The position numbers and the translations under genes were made by a program. The notes below the pieces were generated by a model that ran no database searches, was not told the origin of the DNA, and saw nothing but the letters and a program-made list of their open reading frames with translations. From contig CM035355.1 of assembly GCA_020137815.1 (NCBI GenBank), positions 5,704,001-5,768,000 of the forward strand: a stretch of DNA of 64,000 bases, in the 5' to 3' direction. This document shows positions 1 through 10,785 of this stretch, in pieces. Positions within the stretch are counted from its first letter, which is position 1. Every line of letters begins with the position of its first letter. The stretch comes from Hormiphora californensis (lineage: Eukaryota > Animalia > Ctenophora).

Positions 1-834
1 TGCTCATTTGAATTTTCAACAGCTAACTTACTGCATGACCCGTCAACCTCTATCTGGTCATCAGCACAGTCTACCGAGGAATCAGAGCCTCCAGAGTCCC
101 CGTCCAGAGCTGGGAATTATTATTATTACTGGGAATTCCAGAGCTGGGAAAAGGTGAATTTACAAAGATTGTAACAGTAGACCGTGATATTTTATAGTAG
201 CAAATGTATGTCCAATCAAAACAGGAAACCTGATTTATCGGGAGAATAAACTTCCCCCGATTATATATACTGCAGGCAGCCCGATTTACCGGACAAAACC
301 CTTTTCCCCGAGCATCCCGGTAAATCGGGGTCCCACAGTATTGCTAAACTTACAAAAGGTACTGATGCCAGTGATCAGAAAAGAAAAGATTACAAATGCC
401 CTCATCCGGCACGATCAATATATCAAATATGAATAAAAGTGTGTTTTATCGTGAAGCAAACAGATTTGAATCGTGAAATAGATTCAATGCAGTATACTCG
501 TAGCATCAGATGCTATAAAGGCCACGTGACTGTGAGCTTGTTAGATGCACGGGGAGGGGGAATCAAGAGTAACATGCACTGTTCGTGAACTTGCTTTGAA
601 GTTTCCTTCATCTCACACTTCACAGTCGACGCTCAGCCCTCTCTTTCTCCCTCTCTTTCTTTAAATCGTTTTTTTCTCACAGTGGGAGAACCTCCGATGC
701 AGGTGGCGATGCATGGAATCTGGAGCTTCATATTTAACAAATGGTCATCACATGGCCACATGCTCCTTTATCAAAGTACTCCAGCATCCATGGTTCCGGT
801 ATCGGTACTGAAACTAGTGCATGCTGAAACTTAA

Positions 835-3314
835 CCCTTTGAGGGCGATAGGTCATATATGACACGGTCCATTCTAGACCGTCTGGAAGGCGCTACATGA
901 TGTCTAGGTGGCTAATTTTTTGTCACAGGCTAGTTTTAGGGATTTTGAACCCAAAACCACGTCCAAATCTGCTAGGAAAATCGAAGAAATCTTTTTATGG
1001 CCCTTCTCGGGAGGCTAATTTAGGCCTTTTTTTAAAAACCCCTCTCAAATTTTTGTTTTTGAGGGGCACAAATAATCCTTTGAAGGGATAAAACTACTTG
1101 ACATAACAAATCGAATGCAAAAAACCGCATCAAAAAATATTGAAAATTGAATGAGTTATTAACGTTTTAGTCGTTGTATCATATATGACTCTATCGTCCG
1201 TAAGGGAATTCTAGTAACAAATGTCATTTGTGCAAAAGTATGGGTCCAATAGTCAAATTTTATGCTTTGAGGCAGTCTATAGCTATAATTTCTACAATCT
1301 GGAACGGTTTTTACTAGAAAAATACCCCAAATTCTACATTTTGTATCATATATGACTCTATCGTCCCAATTGGTAAATTCTCCAAAAACATCCATAACTC
1401 GGGCTAGAAAAGGAGCTAAGAGTCAAATCAGGGCACTAAACTGTGTAGAATCATCGCATTAGTGGGGGTAGAGCACATATTTAGGTCGCTATTTTGCCCC
1501 CTAATTGAGATAATTGGATAATTAGCCAATTATGTGTCCCGCGCATGCTAATAAATGAAACTTTGCTTTGAGAAGGAGTTATGAGGCAAATGGGGGCACT
1601 AAAATGTGTAGAATCATCACATTAGTGGGGTTAGAGCACATATTTAGGTCTCTATCTGGACCCCTAATTGAGATAATTGGATAATTAGCTAATTAGTTGC
1701 CTTCCAGCGCTAAAAAATTAAATTTGGCGGAGTATACAAGACAAATGGGGGCACTAAAATGTGTAAAATCGTCGCCTTAGTGGGGGCAGAGCACATAGCT
1801 GAGTTTCTATTTCCGCTCCTAATTGAGATAATTGGATAATTAGCTAATTGACGGTTGCATAATGCCCCCTTTTCACCATATACCGTGGTTTCTGGCTAAT
1901 CCTGAGCTCTTTTGTTCAATCTAAGGATCTTTTGGCATCCCTTTACCCAATTTGTATCACCTTTGACTCGTTTTACACACTAATATAGCACTCTATACAA
2001 CCCTGGACACCGCCTTCAGCTCTTTAGAATCCTCTTGCTTAATCCTAGACCTCTCATAATTTCGAGATCCATACACCTTCCTAACCGATTTTTTTGGGAT
2101 ATCCTATTGCTCCTACAAGACGTTCAACCCCTAATGTACTACAGTTTCCCATTTTATTATTGGACACACAGTTTAGATTCCCCATACATTATTTCTCATC
2201 ATCACTCTCACAATCTCATTTGCCACTAAGGAAACTTCTCGTGAACTCCATCGGAAATAAAGATGATCTGTAGAAGGCGTTTAGTATGGTGTATGAGAGG
2301 TCTAGCTAGGAGTAGGATGAAGCAAGGGGGTTGTACAGAGCTGAAGTCGGCGTCTAGGGTTGTAAAGAGTGCTATATTATTGTGTAAAACGAGTCAAAGG
2401 TGATACAAATTGGGTAAAGGGATGCCAAAAGATCCTTAGATTGAACAAAAGAGCTCAGGATTAGCCAGAAACCACGGTATATGGTGAAAAGGGGGCATTA
2501 TGCAACCGTCAATTAGCTAATTATCCAATTATCTCAATTAGGAGCGGGAATAGAAACTCAGCTATGTGCTCTGCCCCCACTAAGGCGACGATTTTACACA
2601 TTTTAGTGCCCCCATTTGTCTTGTATACTCGGCCAAATTTAATTTTTTAGCGCTGGAGGGCAACTAATTAGCTAATTATCCAATTATTTCAATTAGGGGT
2701 CCAGATAGAGACCTAAATATGTGCTCTAACCCCACTAATGTGTTGATTCTACACATTTTAGTGCCCCCATTTGCCTCATAACTCCTTCTCAAAGCAAAGT
2801 TTCATTTATTAGCATGCGTGGGACACATAATTGGCTAATTATCCAATTATCTCAATTAGGGGGCAAGATAGCGACCTAAATATGTGCTCTACCCCCACTA
2901 ATGCGATGATTCTACACAGTTTAGTGCCCTGATTTGACTCTTAGCTCCTTTTCTAGCCCGAGTTATGGATGTTTTTGGAGAATTTACCAATTGGGACGAT
3001 AGAGTCATATATGATACAAAATGTAGAATTTGGGGTATTTTTCTAGTAAAAACCGTTCAAGATTGTAGAAATTATAGCTATAGACTGCCTCAAAGCATAA
3101 AATTTGACTATTGGACCCATACTTTTGCACAAATGACATTTGTTACTAGAATTCCCTTACGGACGATAGAGTCATATATGACACAGTGGGCCCAGCAAAA
3201 ACTACATGTCGAAACTTCAAATTTCTTTTTCGAGGTAGTTTGTGGTAATAATATCTACTTATAAACGAAAAATTAGAAAAGTCTATCGAGCCAATCCTTC
3301 TCGCCCTTAAAGGG
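835..3314. mobile_element. Non-autonomous piggyBac-type DNA transposon with long internal inverted repeats
   Basis: TTAA at 831-834 and 3315-3318. Termini CCCTTTGAGGGCGA / TCGCCCTTAAAGGG (14-bp TIR, 1 mismatch). Internal inverted arms ~1178-2022 and ~2336-3182. Repeated subterminal motif GATAGAGTCATATATGA. No transposase ORF. Confidence 0.85.
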
Positions 3315-4522
3315 TTAATAGCATGATCGAAAAAATCGATGGTCCTTATAAGCTACCACAAGTGGTGGTTTCTATCTGCCATCGAGTTCGAGTTAAAAGT
3401 TCGCCAGGCAGGCACGCCGTGAGGTACAAGATTTATCTTTTCGAGAAGATAGATCTTAGATAAATCTTAGCTGCTATCTCACTTTCTTTCTCAGACAATA
3501 ACATTTAATCCTGAACAGATCTCATCATTGATATACTCTATTCAGGCAACAAAAAAAATTCAAAAATATTTAGTTTTACCTTTTGTTATGCATCATCGAA
3601 GAGTGAGATACTTCTCCACCTAGTTGCAGCCCACAGAGAAATTCGGTTCCAAAACATTGGTATCGCAGTAACTTATACTTATCTATTGGATATCAAGTTA
3701 AATCAATGCAATTGGAAGGGCTATCAACCAGGCAGAGCGGCCTGACCCTAATCTCATTTCTTCAAATAGGGAGCGGGAGAGAACTGCGGCTGGTGTGAGC
3801 TTACGTGAGCTGACCGACATGCGTCTATCTAGTTAGTCTTCCGCCTGTGCAGTCACGGGTTTTAGCAAACACTTCCCGTGAGCTCCCCGTGCGTGGGTCC
3901 GAGACGGTTAGCCCGCCGAATGGACAGACTGCGTTGCATGGCAAGGTCAGAGCATTGGCCTGAAAACTCAACAAGGAGTCTACGGTTCGGGCTTGGACTA
4001 GCCGATTAGAAACTAGAAAGCTAACCGTTTCTTGTGGACCTCCTGTGAACTATTTTCATCAAGACTAGAAACTCTTGGCAAATAGCACCATCATGGCATC
4101 AGCACCTTCAATAGTGTACCATAAAAAAGTTCAAGAGTACGCCGCATCCACTATCCAGAAGAGACCACTCCAAGACCATTCCATTATTCCAATGCCCGAA
4201 TACCGAATGCCCTCCCTACCGACCATTCGGCAAGGTAGCATGTAAAGTCACCCACTTTTTTGGCACATGAACGTACGTGCACGAGCGGTTTTTATCTATA
4301 ACTCAACCATTTCTTGGCCAAATTGCTTCATATTGGGCTCGTTGGCAAGAGCTCTTTCCACAAAGCTCAAGAAAATAAAAATCGGTGCAAAAATGGCGGA
4401 GTTTTGGGACAAAATGTGCGTTTTAAGGCATTTCGCGCCATAGCTCCACCATTTCTTCTTTTTTCCCGCCATTTCTTCACTATTTTGCGATTACATACTA
4501 TAGTGGGAGACACTACTTGTGT

Positions 4523-4830
4523 TCAGCATTCTTCGATTTTTTGCTGGGGCCTGGGTTTCTGCAACATTAGTGAAGGAGTTAGTGCTGACAAAGCGTAGCA
4601 CTCTGCGGCTGGGCTGTTCGCGAATAGGTTCCCCAGTCTGGCTAGCTTATCAATGAACGCTCTTCCGACAGCTCCAAATGGCACCAAAAAGAGATTTGGT
4701 GACCATGTGCTAATTGTTGGAGCTAGGGTGTTAAACTTCTGATACAACTCTTCTGCATTTAGTTCTCCCCAGCAATTTGCTTGACAAAACGCAGGCAGTT
4801 CCGGTGGTGGCGGGTTTGCAGGAATACACT
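4523..4830 (-). pseudogene. Fragment of a CRE-clade non-LTR retrotransposon ORF (region N-terminal to RT)
   Basis: Translation WSPNLFLVPFGAVGRAFIDKLARLGNLFANSPAAECYALSALTPSLMLQKP resembles, from memory, the pre-RT block NLFxVPxGxxGxxFIxEL...LLLQKP of metazoan CRE-like elements. Truncated, no RT. Confidence 0.5.
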
Positions 4831-5708
4831 GTGAACACAGGATTTTGCATGGCTCTGGGATTACAGCCAGCTCTGTTGATGTCTGGGGTTCGCTTGGGAC
4901 ACACAAAAGTGAACGACAAGAGGGCGCGATTATAATCTGGGTGCCTTGCGGCGTGTTTACAGGTGCGCGCTGCCAAAAAAGTACACCTAAAACCACTTAG
5001 ACCAACTTTTTTCAAACGGCTATAGCCGTGCAACCACATGGCCGATTTGAGTAAACTAAACGGTATCTGATAGAGAATCGATAGCCCTAACCGACAACCA
5101 CAAACAAAACTCTAACCCGACCCTAACAACAGCCCTAACCCGTCTCGACCGCCAAAATCGATGAATTGTTAGCAATACTGGTGCGGGGGCGCTGCGCACT
5201 TTGGTGCCCTTGATTTCTTTTCTACTTGTTTCCGGGGGCGGTTTTTGCCGTGTATCGAATTTGTCCTGGGCTGTATTTGTGCGGGTGCAGAGTGGACCCG
5301 GAAATGGCCGATTTCTCCGTCGCGGTGCCCGCGGTGAATTTTTTTGGTGGTTGTGGGGACCCATTGGGGTGCCCTGGAGGTGGAGTCGCTTTTGGATCAA
5401 TTAGTTCCATTTCACAACGTCATATGACTGGCCTATTAGCTCACTCACTTTGTTTTATCATCCTATCTTTCACCCTTACTCCTCACTCATCGTTTGACTT
5501 AGCTTCACCCCCATTCCTTCAGTATTTATTTTTTAAGCGTTAATATTTTTACTCTTTAACTTATTCTTCTCTTATCACTTTAATCACACTTTAATTTATT
5601 CTTATCTTATCACTTTAATCTCAATTTAATTTAATTAATTAACTTTAATCACTATTTTATACGTTTTATACGTTTTATATTTTATAAGGCTATCTAGTAC
5701 ATAGTATA

Positions 5709-5742
<34 letters not shown>

Positions 5743-6088
5743 TCAAGTTTTGTATACCGCCACAGACACGACAGGGCCAGACAAGTCAAACTGTATCTGA
5801 CACTGACGAGCTTCAGAGCGGTATACCTAACGCAGAAAAGATCCTTATATTCTTACACACTTTGGAAAAAACTCACTCCTAATTGAAGATATACTAAAAA
5901 TATAACTGGTCACATAACTTTCAAAAAACTGATAAGATGAAAAAATTACAGACTTTATTAAATAAAGGGGACAAAGCCAACAACCCACACTTATCAGCAG
6001 CTCAACAATACTGACAAAAAAGCCCTAAGTGAAAATGGTGAGCACGCCCAAGACCGCCTACTGACAGATGGGGAGTCCGGTGAACAAC

Positions 6089-9000
6089 TCAGACGCCACA
6101 CCGGGAGTCTTCAGGAGTAGTTGCTGGGAACGCTTCAAGGAAAAGTCTGGTCTTCAACTTAGATTTGAACAACTCAATGGGGTGTACAGATCTCAGGTCC
6201 AAAGGCAAGGAGTTCCAAACTGTCGGTAGAAACACCGAAACCCTCCTCCTCCTCAGTTTAGAGTTTGCATTAACGCTCGAGAGTTTAGGATATTTCAGTT
6301 TATAGAAGTCAATCACTGAATTCGCTCTCGTTGGTCTCATATCCAGAATATCCTCATCTCTAGGGACCAGTTCTTGTAAATACTCCGGAGCAGTTCCACG
6401 TACAATTTTGTACGCCAACAGGCAGGCCTTGAAGGTCAGTCTCTGCTGTATTGGGAGGATATGAGCTTCCTTGAAATACTCATCATAGCTATCCTGATGT
6501 CCTCGCAAGTTATAGATGAACCGTACGCAGGAGTTCAGAACCTTTTGAAGGTTGTTCAGAATCCGTTTAGGAAGTCCAAAGTACAGGATATTACAGTAGT
6601 CTATCTTTGATATGACTAATTGCTTCACAAGAAGAATCCGTGTGCTATTATCCAAACACTTATTGAGTTGCCATAGGTTCTTGAGTTGCAGTCCACATTG
6701 TCTCTTAACATTGTTCACCTGCCTCTCCAGGGTAAGATGCTCATCCAAAAGTATTCCTAGAGTCTTCCCTGTGCTTCCTCTGCATTCCATAGGCTGCAAG
6801 CACTGTGTCACCCCAAATCTGATTTCCGGATCGAATACCATCTTCTCAAGAGAGCTTGATTTTCCAAGAAGAACAAACTCAGTCTTACTCTCATTACATT
6901 TGAGCCAATGTTGCACCATCCAGTTCTTAATAGAAGTGAGGCACTCCTCAATACTATTCTTCGTACCTTTCCACCCTTCACTATCCGTTGGGACAAGTCC
7001 AACATATAACTGGGAATCATCGGCATACAGCTTTATCATCAGACCATATGGTCTAGCAATATCCTGTAGCTCCTCAATGTACAACAGGAACAGTACAGGA
7101 CCCAACAAAGATCCCTGTGGTACTCCACAAATGAGAGCGATGACCTCCGAGAGTTCACCATTGACATTTACTCTGTAACTCCTGGAACTCAGATAACTCT
7201 TAAACCATCCAAGAGCACTTCCCTTCACACCAAACCTCACCTCCAGCACCTCCATCAGCTTCTCGTGATCAACGGTATCAAAAGCTGCGCTCATGTCCAA
7301 GAGCATGAGTGCCGCCACTTTTCCAGAATCAAGTTCTCTCAGCAAGTCATCAAACATTCCAGCCAGAAGAGTTTCGCAGCTATGACCAGTTCGGTAGCCC
7401 GACTGATTGGCATTCAGTAAGTCATTTTTCTGTAGGTAGTCATTCATTTGAATCAATACCACCTTTTCCAAGACCTTTGAAACAAATGCAATGTTTGAGA
7501 CTGGGCGATAATTGGCCAGAAGATCCCTATCTCCATTCGGATTCTTTATCGTTGGCATGACAACTGCTCTCTGCAGGGGCTCAGGTACTGAAGCTCTGCA
7601 CAATGACTTGTTAATGATAGTCGTTAAAGCAGGTGCCAACTCCTCTAGACAATCCTTCACCAGCCACGTTGGAACTGGATCTAGATCACACGACTTAGAT
7701 GACATCTGCTTCACAATGTGAACAAGATCTTTCTGCGAGATCTCTTTAAACTGACTCAGTTCACAGTCAGGCCTCGATGAACCACCACTTCCTGTTCCTC
7801 TTACATCTTCACCACTCAAACCACTTCCAGTTCCTCTTACAACTTCACCACTCACCCCACTTCCGGTTCCACTTACATCTTCACCACTCACTCCACTTCC
7901 GGTTCCACTTACATCTTCACTACTCACACTCCTACTTCCGGATCCACTTACATCTTCATCTCTCACACCTCCACTTCCAGTTCCACTTACATCTTCACCA
8001 CTCACACTACCACTTCCAGTTCCACTTACATCCTCACTACCTCGACCTTCCTCATGACCACTACATCCAGCCTCTTGCTCTTCGAGTACAGCTGACCGTA
8101 TCCTATCAATCTTTCCAGAGAAAAACTGTGCAAAGTTATCAGCAAGCCTCTTGTCAGATAGTCCACTCGGTAGTAGTGTCTCTTTCTTCCCAAGGAGTCG
8201 ACTTAGCACTTTCTGAAGTCCAGCAGGATCATCCTTTACATCCTCCAGCTTCCTCTTTACGTAATCCATTCTAGCTTCTTTGTCAATCCTCTCAAACTGT
8301 CGTTGGAGTTCCCTGTACCGTGCTTTCGTTAGCCCTGTTTTATTCTTCTCCCACGCTCTCTCCGCCTTCCTTCTCTCCCGCAGGGTGTCTCGAACATCCT
8401 GTCTCTCTCTCCAGGGCCTGAAGTTCTTCACCGATTTCCTTCTTTTAGTCGGGACAAATCTCTCTACAGCCTCCTTCAAAGCCCTATCATACAGATACAA
8501 AGCCTCTTCTGGTGTTACGTCATCTGGAATTTCCAAACACATATCCCTCAGCCCACTCCGAAAGACCTCTACATCCACAGCCTTAAAATCATGGTATACA
8601 CTCATCCTCTCTCTGGAAACATATCTTCCTTCAGAAGCTAACTTAACCTCCGCCATTACCAGATAGTGATCTGACATCGTGCCATCTGGAAATATCCTCA
8701 GGTTCCCCAACTTACTGACCATGTCACGCTGACAGATAATTAAATCCAGTGTTCCTCCTTGAAGATGAGTAGGCAATAGCGGCACATTCTGAACAAAGTC
8801 AAACGAGTCCAGAAGGTTGAGGAGTTTCTTCGCGTAGAAGTTACTGGAGTCTTGTACTTGGAAATTAAAATCGCCCATAATCAGTGGACTTCCAGTTTTC
8901 ATCAGAAGGTCAGAGAGGTAGTCATTGAACTCATCCAGAAAGTTAGCCTCAGTAAACCTTGCTTTACCGTTATAAGGTGGCCTGTAAACATTGCACAGTC

Positions 9001-9409
9001 GCACCAGATCATCCTCTCCGCCAACCAACACTTCCTGTACTTGGAAGGTCTTAAACTTATACTTCACCGGTGCCAACTTCACCATCACTCCATCTCGATA
9101 AAGTACCCCAATTCCTCCACCAGACCTCTCATTCCTCGGGCTCGAGTAAATGTTCCAACCATTCTCCTTAATCTCCTGTATCTTCGCAGTGTCTGTTAAC
9201 TTCAGGTAAGTTTCTTGGACAAGACACACATCGCATGCCTTCTCCTCCAAGTGAGTGAGCACTCCAGCAGTCTTATTCATTATAGAATGAACATTTAGTG
9301 TCCCAATCCTCCAAGTCGTCTTCTCCTCAACTCCTCCATGGCCCTCGTCCGATAACCGTTTTTTGCCTCTTTCTTCACTCCACTTGTCTTCTCCATAAGC
9401 TTTGTTCTC
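6089..9409 (-). CDS. LINE ORF2: apurinic endonuclease plus reverse transcriptase
   Basis: APE motifs RIGTLNVHSIMNK, LVQET, GGGIG, NVYRPP, MGDFN, TLDLI, SDH. RT motifs YRPVSN, QSGYR, LDMSAAFDTVDH, GVPQGSLLGP, YADD. First ATG is at 9280, but the frame is open back to 9409 and motif I lies upstream of that ATG. Confidence 0.93.
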   Translation of the reverse strand, partial: ENKAYGEDKWSEERGKKRLSDEGHGGVEEKTTWRIGTLNVHSIMNKTAGVLTHLEEKACDVCLVQETYLKLTDTAKIQEIKENGWNIYSSPRNERSGGGIGVLYRDGVMVKLAPVKYKFKTFQVQEVLVGGEDDLVRLCNVYRPPYNGKARFTEANFLDEFNDYLSDLLMKTGSPLIMGDFNFQVQDSSNFYAKKLLNLLDSFDFVQNVPLLPTHLQGGTLDLIICQRDMVSKLGNLRIFPDGTMSDHYLVMAEVKLASEGRYVSRERMSVYHDFKAVDVEVFRSGLRDMCLEIPDDVTPEEALYLYDRALKEAVERFVPTKRRKSVKNFRPWRERQDVRDTLRERRKAERAWEKNKTGLTKARYRELQRQFERIDKEARMDYVKRKLEDVKDDPAGLQKVLSRLLGKKETLLPSGLSDKRLADNFAQFFSGKIDRIRSAVLEEQEAGCSGHEEGRGSEDVSGTGSGSVSGEDVSGTGSGGVRDEDVSGSGSRSVSSEDVSGTGSGVSGEDVSGTGSGVSGEVVRGTGSGLSGEDVRGTGSGGSSRPDCELSQFKEISQKDLVHIVKQMSSKSCDLDPVPTWLVKDCLEELAPALTTIINKSLCRASVPEPLQRAVVMPTIKNPNGDRDLLANYRPVSNIAFVSKVLEKVVLIQMNDYLQKNDLLNANQSGYRTGHSCETLLAGMFDDLLRELDSGKVAALMLLDMSAAFDTVDHEKLMEVLEVRFGVKGSALGWFKSYLSSRSYRVNVNGELSEVIALICGVPQGSLLGPVLFLLYIEELQDIARPYGLMIKLYADDSQLYVGLVPTDSEGWKGTKNSIEECLTSIKNWMVQHWLKCNESKTEFVLLGKSSSLEKMVFDPEIRFGVTQCLQPMECRGSTGKTLGILLDEHLTLERQVNNVKRQCGLQLKNLWQLNKCLDNSTRILLVKQLVISKIDYCNILYFGLPKRILNNLQKVLNSCVRFIYNLRGHQDSYDEYFKEAHILPIQQRLTFKACLLAYKIVRGTAPEYLQELVPRDEDILDMRPTRANSVIDFYKLKYPKLSSVNANSKLRRRRVSVFLPTVWNSLPLDLRSVHPIELFKSKLKTRLFLEAFPATTPEDSRCGV
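7770..8070 (-). repeat. In-frame Gly/Ser-rich minisatellite (VSGEDVSGTGSG-like) in the ORF2 EN-RT linker
   Basis: About 7-8 degenerate 36-42-bp units that keep the ORF open. Confidence 0.85.
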
Positions 9410-10587
9410 TCATTAATGTAGAATGGACACAGAGTACTGGATGCAAGATGTGACCTAGCATGTCTCCTGTCCTCTCTGCCATTACTCTTCTGACAGTTAA
9501 CACAGTTCATCTTCCCTGTATCATTCCTCCTCTTGTGACCACAACTCCGAGTCTCATGATCTCCAGCACAGAAAGCACACACCGCATCTCCATCCTTCTT
9601 TGTACATCTGATCGACCCTGCTACATGTCCAAACTCCTGACAGTGAAAACACTGTACCACATGATATCTGTCCCTGACTGAATACTGTCTCAACTTCAGG
9701 AATACCTTGTCTCCTCTCTGGGCGATCACATTCCTTATTTCTGGAGTTACCTGGAGAACTGCAAACCTTCCAGTGGGATTCATATGAACCACTTTCACTT
9801 TTCCACCCTGATCCACCAGCTTCTTAATTTCCTCATTCTTTCCACTAGTTATCTCCGAGATTAACGTATCCTTGTCAAGCAAGTCCTGCCCAAGATCACC
9901 AATTGAAATTCTTGGGTCAAGGAGCGATTTCGTCTCTGTGACCATCTGAACCTCCTGACCAAGTGCTGGTGGCAAAACATTATTGGCTTCCTGAAGTTGG
10001 TCCTCATTCTGGAATGACAGCCGCACACTACCTTTGTTCACTACCGCATTCAACACAGGAACTCCTTTCAAAGCTTTTTCCACTTGGGGTTTTACAACTT
10101 CCGTCCACTGCGTCTTTGGACAGACCGGGGCAGTACCTTCAGCATCACAGTTGTCCAACCTTATATCAACATACCTCCTCACAGGCGCAACCGGACCTTC
10201 ATCTTCTACAACCTCTTCCTTTCTTCCACGCAGCTCACTCACCTTGTCTTCTACCTTCTGCTCAACCACCGCAAGTAACTCCATCTTCAGACTCTCAAAG
10301 CTTTCCTTCAGTACATCCGCTACACTCCCCACCAGGGACGTGTCCAATACGGAACTAACACCACTATCAAATCTCACCCTCGGGTTGTCTGGAATCAAGG
10401 AATAAGCAGCACAGAGAAGTTCCCAGGCATTGTCTTTGTTGAACGAAGGAGCATCCCCACCTACCCGAAGACGATCCAAGACATGCTCACCACTACACCT
10501 ATTATAAGTCAGAGCTTTAAGAGCTCTATCAAACTCATCTTTACTCGTTATCTCTACGTCATTAATTCTCATAGTCATACTGTTCAT
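9295..10587 (-). CDS. LINE ORF1, gag-like nucleic-acid-binding protein with zinc knuckles
   Basis: 430 aa. CFHCQEFGHVAGSIRC, CAFCAGDHETRSC and CVNC...H...C knuckles near the C-terminus; probable coiled coil upstream. Confidence 0.9.
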   Translation of the reverse strand: MNSMTMRINDVEITSKDEFDRALKALTYNRCSGEHVLDRLRVGGDAPSFNKDNAWELLCAAYSLIPDNPRVRFDSGVSSVLDTSLVGSVADVLKESFESLKMELLAVVEQKVEDKVSELRGRKEEVVEDEGPVAPVRRYVDIRLDNCDAEGTAPVCPKTQWTEVVKPQVEKALKGVPVLNAVVNKGSVRLSFQNEDQLQEANNVLPPALGQEVQMVTETKSLLDPRISIGDLGQDLLDKDTLISEITSGKNEEIKKLVDQGGKVKVVHMNPTGRFAVLQVTPEIRNVIAQRGDKVFLKLRQYSVRDRYHVVQCFHCQEFGHVAGSIRCTKKDGDAVCAFCAGDHETRSCGHKRRNDTGKMNCVNCQKSNGREDRRHARSHLASSTLCPFYINERTKLMEKTSGVKKEAKNGYRTRAMEELRRRRLGGLGH

Positions 10588-10750
10588 CCTAAAACACCTG
10601 GCTCACACTCCTGGACAGAGATTAACACTATCCCCAAAACTCAAATAACGTTCACAAAAAAGCCCAAGTGAAAGAGATTTGCGTTACTCAAAGATATCGG
10701 AGAATAGTAAATTAACTCTGACACGGATCGAATCGATTATAAGCGGAACA

Positions 10751-10785
10751 CTCAAATTAATTTGTTTAAAGTAGTGTTGAAAAGT
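10751..10785 (-). other. Spliced-leader (SL) exon relic at the LINE 5' end
   Basis: Minus strand reads ACTTTTCAACACTACTTTAAACAAATTAATTTGAG, matching the ctenophore SL as I recall it (...CAACACTACTTTAAACAAATTAATTTGAG). Near-identical copy at 58269-58303. Confidence 0.78.

Larger units (their letters stand above)
5718..10785 (-). mobile_element. Full-length non-LTR retrotransposon, L2/CR1 group (L2B-like, gag-type ORF1)
   Basis: ORF1 plus APE-RT ORF2. 3' stem GTATACCGC...GCGGTATAC followed by an (ATT)n tail at 5718-5741, typical of L2 3' ends. AGTATATATATATAT on both flanks (5703-5717 and from 10783), a likely TSD within a (TA)n tract. Confidence 0.92.

Noticed and set aside
1-830. Possible exons of another gene
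   Set aside because: Isolated splice-like signals but no chain of exons or recognisable domain.
1159-3264. Duplicated ORFs MDVFGEFTNW... as genes
   Set aside because: Mirror products of inverted repeats with no recognisable domain. The same applies to ORFs in 45061-47409.
5790-5840. CTGACGA as a hammerhead core
   Set aside because: No GAAA after a stem II; it is the antisense of the L2 3' stem-loop.
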